From positions 1 to 32,122 of the IMG/VR virus record IMGVR_UViG_3300025018_000087: a stretch of 32,122 bases of DNA. The stretch is one strand, 5' to 3'. Below the pieces are notes generated by a model. That model had not been told where the DNA came from. It worked only from the letters and a program-made list of their open reading frames with translations, and searched no databases. Numbering within the stretch: position 1 is the stretch's first letter; every line of letters starts with the position of its first letter. Below, piece by piece: positions 1-8,000 of this stretch. The DNA is from a virus (taxonomy: Duplodnaviria; Caudoviricetes). A program made the position numbers and the translations under genes.

Positions 1-127
1 ATTGTGCCGTGTCGTCGCATTCGCTTCGATGCGAATTCGCCCTGCCCGAAAGCATTGACTAGATGATAATCATGGGCGTCACTGTAATGAGTGGTATCTT
101 TATTCCGTACCTTCACAAGCTCCCATG
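1..127. repeat. 127-bp terminal direct repeat, left copy (circular assembly overlap)
   Basis: attgtgccgt...aagctcccatg at 1-127 is identical to 31996-32122. Confidence 0.97.
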
Positions 128-1361
128 CTCCAGGCTTTAGCTTCGTTTTAGAGTATGAAGATATTACGTTTTTTAGCCAAGGGGCAAAAAGAACCCGACG
201 CTCGTGCAAGAGCTTATTCACAATACCGAGCCGATCCTTAATCATCGGCGCCTTGTGCCCTGCTATTATCCTGACACTTTGATAGCCCTTAGATTTAAGG
301 GCATCCTTTACTCGCATGAAGGCCGAGACCGGAGAGAGGTGAGAGGCATTATACCCATCGGCCCCGCCATCAATTTCGATGTTTGTGTACTTAAACTTAG
401 CTAGAGGAAATTGCTTTTCGAACTCTGCTATTGAGTCCTCTACTCCTCGAGCTGTTCCTGATGATTCACCTACAGCAACATTTACAACACCGTGATACTT
501 ACCAAACACATCTGCTTTATGGTTCTGAGAGGCCACCCATGATAGAGGGCTTGCTTGCCAGTCATAGGATAGGGCGATCGGAAGGTTTTCGAATACCTCC
601 ATATTGTCGAGGACGTTTCTACGATCAGTGAAATTCCAATAAGCAGATGAGTGCCCAATCTTTCGGAACACGCCGAATAAGTACATTTCACGCTTTACCG
701 GATCATATTCGAGGTTGTCCCATAAGCGCTCAAAGTACCCATCGGGAAGAAATGGATTGTCTTTTGTTCTTAGCTGGAATCTTCTTCGATTATTTGCTTC
801 ATCAATCTCACATCGAAAATTAGCGCGTTCTGCATATGCATCGTCATCCGTTTCTGGAACACCTTCAAACATCTGTTGAATTGAGACCGCCCTCTTTGCT
901 CGACACCGTTGCCCGATTCTTTCAAATACCGTTTGAGTGAAAAACGCGCACTCTGTTCCTGTGGCGTGCGAGATGCTCGCTCCAACCAATCGTTCGGGCC
1001 TATGCGCTGAGAGGAATTGAATTACTTGGCCCCATCGAAACATGAGGGCAAATCTTGAGCCTCGACGGAATACGAAATCGCGATTCTCTTCCATATGAAA
1101 ACAATCATGCAGGACTTCAAACCACATAGGAATGAGTGTGAGTTCTAACTCTGAATATGTAGGAGCGATACACCATGAATAACGACAATCGCGATTCTGT
1201 AAACATTTAAGATAGTGCCACATTACGAGGCCGTAAGTGCCCCCCGATCCTATCCCTTTTGGGATGTAGAATTCACGTTGTTCTGTTGTGTCGGCGAGCG
1301 CTTCTCCTACCCACCAGGGAACAGGGATAGGAATCTTTTCGATATTAAGATCACTTGTCAT
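1..1361 (-). CDS. terL: Terminase large subunit (455 aa; continues across the origin to TAG at 31989-31991)
   Basis: Hand translation from ATG 1361 (MTSDLNIEKIP...) is open through base 1 and ends ...RRHGTIA*. Motifs: P-loop KGIGSGGT, WCIAPTY, FLSAHRPERLVG, TKDNPFLPDGY, nuclease LSYDWQASP, PMIKDRLGIVN, THYSDAHDY. Lies between TerS and portal. Confidence 0.92.
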   Translation of the reverse strand, partial: MTSDLNIEKIPIPVPWWVGEALADTTEQREFYIPKGIGSGGTYGLVMWHYLKCLQNRDCRYSWCIAPTYSELELTLIPMWFEVLHDCFHMEENRDFVFRRGSRFALMFRWGQVIQFLSAHRPERLVGASISHATGTECAFFTQTVFERIGQRCRAKRAVSIQQMFEGVPETDDDAYAERANFRCEIDEANNRRRFQLRTKDNPFLPDGYFERLWDNLEYDPVKREMYLFGVFRKIGHSSAYWNFTDRRNVLDNMEVFENLPIALSYDWQASPLSWVASQNHKADVFGKYHGVVNVAVGESSGTARGVEDSIAEFEKQFPLAKFKYTNIEIDGGADGYNASHLSPVSAFMRVKDALKSKGYQSVRIIAGHKAPMIKDRLGIVNKLLHERRVLFAPWLKNVISSYSKTKLKPGAWELVKVRNKDTTHYSDAHDYHLVNAFGQGEFASKRMRRHGT

Positions 1362-1932
1362 CGAGCTTATTCCGATACTCTATATCTTCGATTATGGTCT
1401 GATTATGTATTGGACGCTCCCCCACATTGAGGACAAACTGAGGAGGCCGAACTAAATCTTCAGCGCCATTTTCTTTTGCCCAAATGAGTTTACGAATTTG
1501 CGCGTCATATTTTTCAGGCTGCTCTGCCGCAAGAAAAAACTTTATAAGATCGGGGTTGCCCTTAATGGCCGATCGGTATCCTGATTCAAGTACTTGCTGA
1601 ATCCATATAACACCGTGTTCTTTTAAAGCTTGCTGAAAATGATTTTGCTTCTCAATGTCCATTCCCGTTCGGTATGAGACACCCGCCGCACGAGAAGCCT
1701 TAACTCTGTTCCCAAAATTTGAAAGGTATGCAGCAAGATAGCGCTGCTCTTTTTCGGACAAACTCGAATCTTCAGTAATTCCCAAGCATACGTTCTGTAT
1801 CTGATTTTTGATTTCTGGTGTTATTGGATCTTTGTTTGTTTTTTTTCTTTTTGAAGTACGCTTTTTGGAAGTTGATGACGATGGTTTTTTTTCTCGCTTC
1901 TTTTTCGATGTAGTTTTTGATTTTAATTCCAA
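1351..1932 (-). CDS. terS: Terminase small subunit
   Basis: HTH (GNRVKASRAAGVSYRT) and a DLIKFFLAAEQPEKY motif typical of one TerS group. Its stop overlaps the TerL start. TTG start with GAGGA 9 nt upstream; the start is uncertain. Confidence 0.75.
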   Translation of the reverse strand: MELKSKTTSKKKREKKPSSSTSKKRTSKRKKTNKDPITPEIKNQIQNVCLGITEDSSLSEKEQRYLAAYLSNFGNRVKASRAAGVSYRTGMDIEKQNHFQQALKEHGVIWIQQVLESGYRSAIKGNPDLIKFFLAAEQPEKYDAQIRKLIWAKENGAEDLVRPPQFVLNVGERPIHNQTIIEDIEYRNKLDDK

Positions 1933-2458
1933 GGCGACGAGTCCTCGATTTTATTTTTGCTTCCGAGACGTTCAACGTTTTGGCGCATTCCGCAATCGTC
2001 ATCTCTTTGTCAATCCTCAATTTTAATACCTTCCGATCGAAGTCGGTTAATGCATAATTTATTATAGCGCGCAAATCTTCATCTATAGACAATCGTAGAG
2101 CCTCTGTTTCTGGAGTTTTTTCGCTCGCGGCATGCCTTGTTTCTAGTAGTTCGAGAGTTGCTTTGTTTTTGGCGTACTGCCTGGAGCGTATTAGTTGAGC
2201 GCATGACATGAGGAATACTCGGTGCAGGTATGTTGAGAATTTTGACTCCCATCGAAACCTTGGTTTCCCAGGCTGGAAGCGCACAACTAATCTTTCCCAT
2301 CCGTTCGAATAGGCTTCCTCAGCTTGTTCTGCGTCTCTTAATTTTTTATGGCAAATGCCACGCGCTTCACGATGAAAGTTTTCATATACGATCGAGAGCG
2401 CGTGCTGTGGATCTTTAGAGAGTAGTTTTTTGAATTCTTTTGTTTCGAATATTTCCAT
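1772..2458 (-). CDS. ECF-type sigma-70 family RNA polymerase sigma factor
   Basis: Region 2 (RDAEQAEEAYSNGWERL, SKFSTYLHRV) and region 4 HTH (LTDFDRKVLKLR...MTIAECAKTLNVSEAKIKSRTRR). Confidence 0.85.
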   Translation of the reverse strand: MEIFETKEFKKLLSKDPQHALSIVYENFHREARGICHKKLRDAEQAEEAYSNGWERLVVRFQPGKPRFRWESKFSTYLHRVFLMSCAQLIRSRQYAKNKATLELLETRHAASEKTPETEALRLSIDEDLRAIINYALTDFDRKVLKLRIDKEMTIAECAKTLNVSEAKIKSRTRRLGIKIKNYIEKEARKKTIVINFQKAYFKKKKNKQRSNNTRNQKSDTERMLGNY

Positions 2459-2463
2459 AGGAG

Positions 2464-2499
2464 AAAAACGAGGGGAAGCAGAGATGAAGCTACTTCCCC
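2464..2499 (-). terminator. Intrinsic terminator/attenuator-like hairpin just upstream of the sigma gene
   Basis: Minus strand GGGGAAGTAG-8 nt loop-CTGCTTCCCC followed by TCGTTTTT. The one non-Watson-Crick pair is G-U on the minus strand and C-A on the plus strand. Confidence 0.55.
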
Positions 2500-2541
2500 G
2501 AAAACCTCAAAAAACCACAGTTATGGAGGAAGAACGAAATT

Positions 2542-2820
2542 TCATTGTGTCATTAAGTCTTGATATTTTTGTATTTGATCGAGCCGTTTTTCGAATATTG
2601 AGAGCTTGTCTGAGATTTCGGGCAAGTTCATATGCGTCATTATTACTTGCGCTTTTGTGATTGCCTTCTTGTAAGCGCTTGCGGCGGTCTCAAGCTCTTG
2701 CAGTATTGGTTTTATTTCTCTTGTTTTTTTGATCGTTGTTCCGACAGCAAGGAATAGCGCGATGAATCCGATGAAGTTTAAGACGGTGAAAGTTGCTACA
2801 ACGCCTATGAATATTTCCAT
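2542..2820 (-). CDS. Hypothetical membrane-anchored protein
   Basis: N-terminal hydrophobic helix followed by a helical or coiled-coil segment; GGGG SD upstream. Confidence 0.7.
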   Translation of the reverse strand: MEIFIGVVATFTVLNFIGFIALFLAVGTTIKKTREIKPILQELETAASAYKKAITKAQVIMTHMNLPEISDKLSIFEKRLDQIQKYQDLMTQ

Positions 2821-2832
2821 TTTTCTATCCCC

Positions 2833-3132
2833 CTAATTAAGAAGTATCTTTGCTATTTTCCTAACTGAAGATATCGAAATTTGGCACATTTCGCACGCTA
2901 TTTTTAGCGAGATCAAATAACCAAGATCCTCATCTTCGAATATCCAGGCCCTTGCTACCTCTCGGACACGTTCGACCGAATAATGAGAGCAAGTTCTTTT
3001 TCGACCAATATAAGCTATTTGAACAAACGTTCTCGGCTCCACCAAATCGTCGAGAGCTGTCATGATAATAGCAGCCCCGAGATTCTTAACCGGCTCGTTC
3101 ATATTCCGAACTGTATGAAATTCTAAACACAC
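2833..3132 (-). CDS. Hypothetical phage protein
   Basis: 99-aa ORF heading the leftward unit; the true start may be the internal ATG (MNEPVKN). Confidence 0.65.
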   Translation of the reverse strand: MCLEFHTVRNMNEPVKNLGAAIIMTALDDLVEPRTFVQIAYIGRKRTCSHYSVERVREVARAWIFEDEDLGYLISLKIACEMCQISISSVRKIAKILLN

Positions 3133-3190
3133 TTACAAACAAATAACACCGTTCTATGCAAATATCTAATGATTTCAATAGGTTAGCCAA

Positions 3191-3219
3191 TTGACAAGGG
3201 CTTCGATACATGATAAATA
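3191..3219 (+). promoter_or_regulatory. Putative sigma70 promoter for the Gp157-like gene
   Basis: Perfect TTGACA at 3191-3196, 17-nt spacer, weak -10 (TGaTAAATA). Confidence 0.4.
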
Positions 3220-3220
3220 G

Positions 3221-3306
3221 TACATCTCTCTTGCGGTTTAGCTCCGTCAGGGGCCTCCGCTAACCCGAGAGACGTATCATGTTCGGCCCTTGTTCAAAGG
3301 GTTGAA
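3221..3306 (+). ncRNA. Structured leader or candidate small RNA (two hairpins)
   Basis: TACaTCTCTC/GAGAGAcGTA, TTGCGG/CCGCtAA and GCTCC-GTCA-GGGGC form a 56-nt bulged rod, followed by TTCGGCCCTT-GTTCA-AAGGGTTGAA. Confidence 0.4.
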
Positions 3307-3333
3307 AATAAAGCAAAACAAGGTAAAACACCC

Positions 3334-3837
3334 ATGAATAAAAACACGCTTATAAACCTAGCAAACAATGTTATTGAGGGTAAAACGACCGTTGAGGAGA
3401 CCGTGGAGGTGCTAACGAAGGGGGATAAAGAATTAACTCTATCCTTGATTGGGCTCGCGGTTGAGAGCCTAAAAGAGCAAAACCAAGAGAACTACAACGA
3501 AACCGCTGCACTGTACAAAGCTTATACAGAAGCAAGGGACCGCCGTGACAAGTTCTATGCGGGGATCACGGCGCTCCGAGAAGCGGCCATAGCCATCCTC
3601 GGAGATGACCGAATTCAGCGGAGATACGGAACTACAGATTATTCCTGGAGCTCCCGAACCGCTGTAGAGGTGACCAATGTGGCACTATTGCCGCCCGAAT
3701 GCGTAAAGCTCGTGCCGAAATTGACAGAGATAACAAACGCCATTCTAACCGCTAAAAAATCAAGAACGAAATTCAAAGGGGCCAAGCTCATAACGAACTG
3801 GACGCTTAAGATGAAGCAAATCAAACCTGCCAAATAG
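3334..3837 (+). CDS. Siphovirus Gp157-like protein
   Basis: Coiled-coil N-terminal half; C-terminal AVEVTNVALLPPECVK...EITNAI...KGAKL...TLKMK follows the Gp157 pattern. Confidence 0.6.
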   Translation: MNKNTLINLANNVIEGKTTVEETVEVLTKGDKELTLSLIGLAVESLKEQNQENYNETAALYKAYTEARDRRDKFYAGITALREAAIAILGDDRIQRRYGTTDYSWSSRTAVEVTNVALLPPECVKLVPKLTEITNAILTAKKSRTKFKGAKLITNWTLKMKQIKPAK

Positions 3838-5446
3838 TATTTAACCGTTGTACGGAGACGCCTAAAAGGGCAGCTATCTCGCGCTGAGTATAGCCTTGCT
3901 CTTTTAGGCTCTCAGAACGCTCGGAGATAAATTCATTTATGCGTTTCCATTCCCACCGGTAACGAATATCGAAGGTAGTAATTACTTCTTCCTGAATCCA
4001 GGCATAGAACGGCTCATCGTCAATTGATTCTCGAGTTTTTTCAAACTTGATTTTCATAAGTGCCTTCTTCCCCATCCGATCCTCACTCTCTTCGAGCGAA
4101 ACCTCAGAGAGTTGAATTGTCATGTCAAGTGCATCTTCCTTCTTACTCGTTCCTCGCTGCTGACCGCCCTTTGCTGCATGGTGAATAAGCACTATCGAGC
4201 GACCTGCCGCCCTATGTTCTAGGCACCAGTCCTGGACGGGCTCGAAACTCTCAGCGTCGTTCTCGTCTCCCCGCGTAAGGGAAGAGAGGTTATCAACCAC
4301 TATTATTTTTGCGCCCGTCCTTTCTATCGCTTCAGAGATTTCTGCACGCCCTTCCGGAGAAGAGATTTTAGGCATTAAAGTATTGCCCACCGTATACATT
4401 CCCATGAGGTGCATTTGCTCTGGAATAGCGCCGCCGGACATGTCGCAAATCTGCCGCAATCGTTGATGCATTCCGCTTTCGCTCATCTCGCCATCGAGAT
4501 AAAGAACCGAGAATTTTTCGGACGACTGCCACTTAAGGAATGGAGTATTTGTAGCCATTGCGTAGGCAAGAGAGAGGGAGAACCAGGTCTTTCCTACGCC
4601 GCGCCAAGCGTAAATAAAATTTATCGAGTCCTCAAATACGAACCCACATTGCACTTTTCGAGGAGGGACTTCTTTAATGAGAAAATCAGCTATCGAAATG
4701 GACGTGTTTTTTTTCTGAGGAATAAGAGAGAGAATGTCCTCTTTTGCTTTCTCGAGCGCTATATAGTCAGCCACATCACCGCCAGCGATATGAGAAATTT
4801 CAGGTGGGGGAGAGATAACAACACACTTATTATGCTCTGAGAGCGCCGAAAGAAGCACATCTTTGGCCTTCTCGCCTGGAGCGTCATTGTCGGGCCATAT
4901 ATAAAGCGTTCTGTCCCGTACCTTAGACCAGTCCACTCGAGCCACGGCAGACGATCCACCAGCCCAGGAGATTGCGGGTATCCCGAGCGCTCGAAGCGCA
5001 TCAACGCATTTCTCGCCCTCAACAATCCATAGTTCCCGATCGTCTGACAGTCTATATAGGGGGCGAGCGTCACCATCAAACCCCATTCGACTCCCGCCGG
5101 ACTTGAAGCAAGGGATTACGGCTTTCCCGTCTGGTCCATCGTAGCGCGCCGTAAGGCCGTTCGGGTAAATATAGGTAGCAGTAAGACGCATGCCCTTAAA
5201 CGTTTCGGGCGGGAATGTTCGCTTCTTTCTAGAAGACAGAAGGCCTTGCTCGATAAAAAACGCAAGCACCTCTTCTTGTGAGCATCCCGCGAAACAATGG
5301 AACAATATTTTATCATTTACTTTACGGACTGCGAGAGCTTCAGGATTTGAACCCCCGTGGACAGGACAACAGGCACGGAATATATTGCCGTGTTTTTTCG
5401 CGCCTAAGTATTCGGTAATGCGGGAAAGATCGTCATCAATAGACAT
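3821..5446 (-). CDS. Primase-helicase (CHC2 zinc finger + TOPRIM + AAA_25/RecA-like helicase + C-terminal HTH)
   Basis: CCPVH...HCFAGC; IVEGEKCVDAL; WPDNDAPG; Walker A AWRGVGKT; Walker B IIVVDN; LIHHAAKGGQQRGTS. Start MSIDDD at 5446 is coupled to the upstream gene (the ORF track starts at 5464). Confidence 0.9.
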   Translation of the reverse strand: MSIDDDLSRITEYLGAKKHGNIFRACCPVHGGSNPEALAVRKVNDKILFHCFAGCSQEEVLAFFIEQGLLSSRKKRTFPPETFKGMRLTATYIYPNGLTARYDGPDGKAVIPCFKSGGSRMGFDGDARPLYRLSDDRELWIVEGEKCVDALRALGIPAISWAGGSSAVARVDWSKVRDRTLYIWPDNDAPGEKAKDVLLSALSEHNKCVVISPPPEISHIAGGDVADYIALEKAKEDILSLIPQKKNTSISIADFLIKEVPPRKVQCGFVFEDSINFIYAWRGVGKTWFSLSLAYAMATNTPFLKWQSSEKFSVLYLDGEMSESGMHQRLRQICDMSGGAIPEQMHLMGMYTVGNTLMPKISSPEGRAEISEAIERTGAKIIVVDNLSSLTRGDENDAESFEPVQDWCLEHRAAGRSIVLIHHAAKGGQQRGTSKKEDALDMTIQLSEVSLEESEDRMGKKALMKIKFEKTRESIDDEPFYAWIQEEVITTFDIRYRWEWKRINEFISERSESLKEQGYTQREIAALLGVSVQRLNTIWQV

Positions 5447-5657
5447 TGTTTCGCAAGGACTCATTCAAATAATGCAGTCTCACGAGCGAAATCCTACCCT
5501 TTGTAAGTGTTATAATTTGTGACCAATATTTTTCAGGGATGCCTTTGCGAGTCCAATTCGAAACCGTAGACTGGCTTAAGCCAAGCCTAAAAGCCGCCTC
5601 CATACTACCCCCAAGCAAGTCTATAACGTCGGGAATTTCAATCCGTTTTTTTTTCAT
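5436..5657 (-). CDS. Cro/YdaS-like HTH transcriptional regulator
   Basis: VIDLLGGSMEAAFRLGLSQSTVSNWTRKGIP is a typical Cro-like HTH. ATG 5657 chosen; TTG 5684 is possible. Confidence 0.8.
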   Translation of the reverse strand: MKKKRIEIPDVIDLLGGSMEAAFRLGLSQSTVSNWTRKGIPEKYWSQIITLTKGRISLVRLHYLNESLRNNVY

Positions 5658-5677
5658 GCGATTTTTCTTTTTTTTAT

Positions 5678-5728
5678 TTGCCAAAACACGAGGAGATGAA
5701 TATATTTCCTAAACTGACAAAATTGCAA
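5678..5728. promoter_or_regulatory. Overlapping divergent sigma70-type promoters
   Basis: Rightward TTGCCA(5678)-17-TATATT(5701); leftward TTGCAA(5728)-18-TATATT(5704-5699). Confidence 0.55.
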
Positions 5729-5747
5729 GCACAAAAAAGGATGAACT

Positions 5748-6557
5748 ATGTACGATCTAACGAATATTATCGATGGTAAAAACCCTGGACCGTTTCGAAT
5801 AATCTTGTACGGCACAGACGGCATTGGGAAAAGCACATGGGCCGCTGAATCTCCAAGCCCAATGTTTATTGACACGGAAGGAAGGTTAGGGCACATCGAT
5901 TGTAAACGCCTTCATCGAGCCGAAACGCTCGATCAGGTTTACCAGCAATTGGAGTTTTGGTTTGAGCAAATCGGAACGGGAGAGACGCTTGTCATCGATT
6001 CGCTCGATTGGCTTGAGGGCCTAATACACAAAGCCGTGACTGAAGAGTTTGGGGAAAAATACAAAAGCATTGCGGAAATACCGTATGCTAATGGGTACAA
6101 ATTTTCACTCGACTATCACCGAGACATGATAAATACACTGAACGCCTTCACCGATGAAAAGAAATCGAACCTTATTCTCACTGCTCACGCGCAAGTAAAA
6201 CGCTTTGAAGATCCGATGCGAGAAAGCTATGACCAGTACCGACTCGCGATGCACGAGAAAGCGGCGCAACTTTGGACTCAATGGGCCGATTGCGTATTCT
6301 TTGCAACATTTAAAACGTTTGTGAAAAAAGAAGAAGCGGGATTTAACAAGCAAACTAACAAAGCGATCGGTGAAGGTTCTCGAGTGTTATATACTGAGGA
6401 GCGCCCGTCCTTCGACGCGAAAAATAGCTATTCTCTCCCTTTCGAACTGTCATTGGAATGGAGCGCGTTTTATAAATGTTATAGGGCTTGGTTAGGTGAA
6501 GAAGTAGAAGTAAAGACAACAAAAACAAAAAAGAAAAAGGAAACAAAAAATGGTTGA
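5748..6557 (+). CDS. sak4: AAA_24 ATPase, Sak4-like single-strand annealing protein
   Basis: ILYGTDGIGKST, FIDTEG, LVIDSLDWLE, ILTAH, WADCVFFA, AKNSYSLP; followed by SSB and nuclease genes. Confidence 0.85.
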   Translation: MYDLTNIIDGKNPGPFRIILYGTDGIGKSTWAAESPSPMFIDTEGRLGHIDCKRLHRAETLDQVYQQLEFWFEQIGTGETLVIDSLDWLEGLIHKAVTEEFGEKYKSIAEIPYANGYKFSLDYHRDMINTLNAFTDEKKSNLILTAHAQVKRFEDPMRESYDQYRLAMHEKAAQLWTQWADCVFFATFKTFVKKEEAGFNKQTNKAIGEGSRVLYTEERPSFDAKNSYSLPFELSLEWSAFYKCYRAWLGEEVEVKTTKTKKKKETKNG

Positions 6558-7020
6558 TCTAGGTGAAAACTTTGAAGCAGACGAGCACGAAGGGCCGCAA
6601 TTACTAGAGGAGGGCGAGTATGTTTTAGCTCTTATTGATTCGTCATTAGACGAGAATTCGAAAAAAACAGGAACAAACTTAAAACTTACCTTTGCAGTTC
6701 TCGATGGTGAAAATGCGGGGAGAAGATTATTCTACTCGTTATGCTGGACGAACCCTTCGCTTACAGCTGTTCGAATCGCCAAAGAGAAATTTGCACAACT
6801 CATAAAAGCGTGCGGTAAGAGCGCAATCCAAGCGACGGAAGAGCTTCATGATATCCCGGTCAATGCTAAGATCATTATTCAAGAGTCGGTTAACCCGCAA
6901 TATAGTGACTCGAATATAATCTTAGAGTTTTGGCCGTTAGCTGGAGAGGCTAAACCCGACTTGCTCAAGAAGCACGCTAACATCAATGCGCCTAAAACAC
7001 GTTTTGCAAGGAAAAAGTAA
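6550..7020 (+). CDS. DUF669-like single-stranded DNA-binding protein
   Basis: LLEEGEY...NSKKTGTNLKLTFAVLDGENAGRRLF pattern; directly after Sak4. Confidence 0.75.
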   Translation: MVDLGENFEADEHEGPQLLEEGEYVLALIDSSLDENSKKTGTNLKLTFAVLDGENAGRRLFYSLCWTNPSLTAVRIAKEKFAQLIKACGKSAIQATEELHDIPVNAKIIIQESVNPQYSDSNIILEFWPLAGEAKPDLLKKHANINAPKTRFARKK

Positions 7021-8000
7021 TGGTTAAATTGACCGAAGCTCTCGACCCAAGTCTTGAGGCCGCTGAAAAAGAAGTTGTAAAACGCTTTAATGCGGAGCGC
7101 GACTCACGTCACTATCTTGGGGCATCCGAAATCGGGAAGGCTTGTTCTCGAGAGCTTTGGTATTCATTTCGAAAAGTGAAAAGTCGCCACATCCCCTACT
7201 CGGGTATAGTTGCGATCGAAGACGGGTATGCTCAAGAAGAGGTTGCAAAGAAGCGGTTAGGGACAGTATTTAAGATGGGAGACGCGCAAGCGGAAATAAG
7301 CCTTTTCTCGGGGCATTTTAAAGGACACATCGATGGCACAATCCAAGAACTCGTCGAGGCGAAAAAGAGTGTCCACGTTTGGGAGCACAAGAGCTGTAAC
7401 GAGAAGAAATATGCAAAACTTTTAAAGCTTAAAGAAGAGCATGGCGCTTTAGAGGGCGGGTATGTGCTCGAAAAATGGGATCCCATATACTACGCACAAG
7501 CAACGATATACATGTTTCTCCTCGACTTGAAGCGCCATTTCCTGACGGTCTCAACTCCAGGAGGAAGAAACTGGCAATCGGTAAGAACTCGCCTTAAAGC
7601 GAAGTTTGCGAAGGGGCTAATCAAACGAGCGAAGAGTATTATATTTTCCGACGTCCCCCCACCTCGCATTGCGGAAAGCAAGGGATCGTTTGCTTGCAAG
7701 TGGTGTGACTACAAAGGCATTTGTTGGGACGGGGAAACGCACGAGCTTGAGGCACGTTGTCAGAACTGCGTTCACGCCGAACCAGTTAAGCAGGAGGGCG
7801 CAAAATGGAAATGCCGAATGAATAAGCCCATCAATGAGCTTATTCCGAAGGGCGAAATTTGCGAGCATCATATCTTCATTCCGCCGATCGTGCCTTTAGA
7901 GCAAACCGCTTGCCAAACAAACGATAACGGGGAGCTAGTTTCGATCACCTATTCTAACCGAGAGAATCGTGCGGGTTCAGGACGGTTCGAAAATGCTTAA
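7020..8000 (+). CDS. Cas4-like PD-(D/E)XK exonuclease
   Basis: YLGASEIGKAC, GHIDG, WEHKS, YYAQ, CKWCDYKGIC (Fe-S-type cysteines) plus a further C-terminal Cys/His cluster. Confidence 0.85.
   Translation: MVKLTEALDPSLEAAEKEVVKRFNAERDSRHYLGASEIGKACSRELWYSFRKVKSRHIPYSGIVAIEDGYAQEEVAKKRLGTVFKMGDAQAEISLFSGHFKGHIDGTIQELVEAKKSVHVWEHKSCNEKKYAKLLKLKEEHGALEGGYVLEKWDPIYYAQATIYMFLLDLKRHFLTVSTPGGRNWQSVRTRLKAKFAKGLIKRAKSIIFSDVPPPRIAESKGSFACKWCDYKGICWDGETHELEARCQNCVHAEPVKQEGAKWKCRMNKPINELIPKGEICEHHIFIPPIVPLEQTACQTNDNGELVSITYSNRENRAGSGRFENA

Noticed and set aside
1-127. Terminal repeat as a biological DTR or att site
   Set aside because: 127 bp matches a common assembler k-mer and falls inside terL, so it is best explained as circular overlap.
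91-1430. Short ORF-track ORFs at the left end, and the many antisense ORFs elsewhere (for example 4409-4840, 8619-9104, 20403-20747, 28884-29285)
   Set aside because: They are shadows of well-supported genes on another frame or strand, with no motifs or SD support.
1884-1893. A-run as a programmed frameshift fusing sigma to TerS
   Set aside because: TerS is in the +1 frame relative to sigma, so a standard -1 slip would not join them; no stimulator seen.
7020-8000. Cas4-like gene as part of a CRISPR system
   Set aside because: No repeat-spacer array or other cas genes; the context is a standard phage recombination module.
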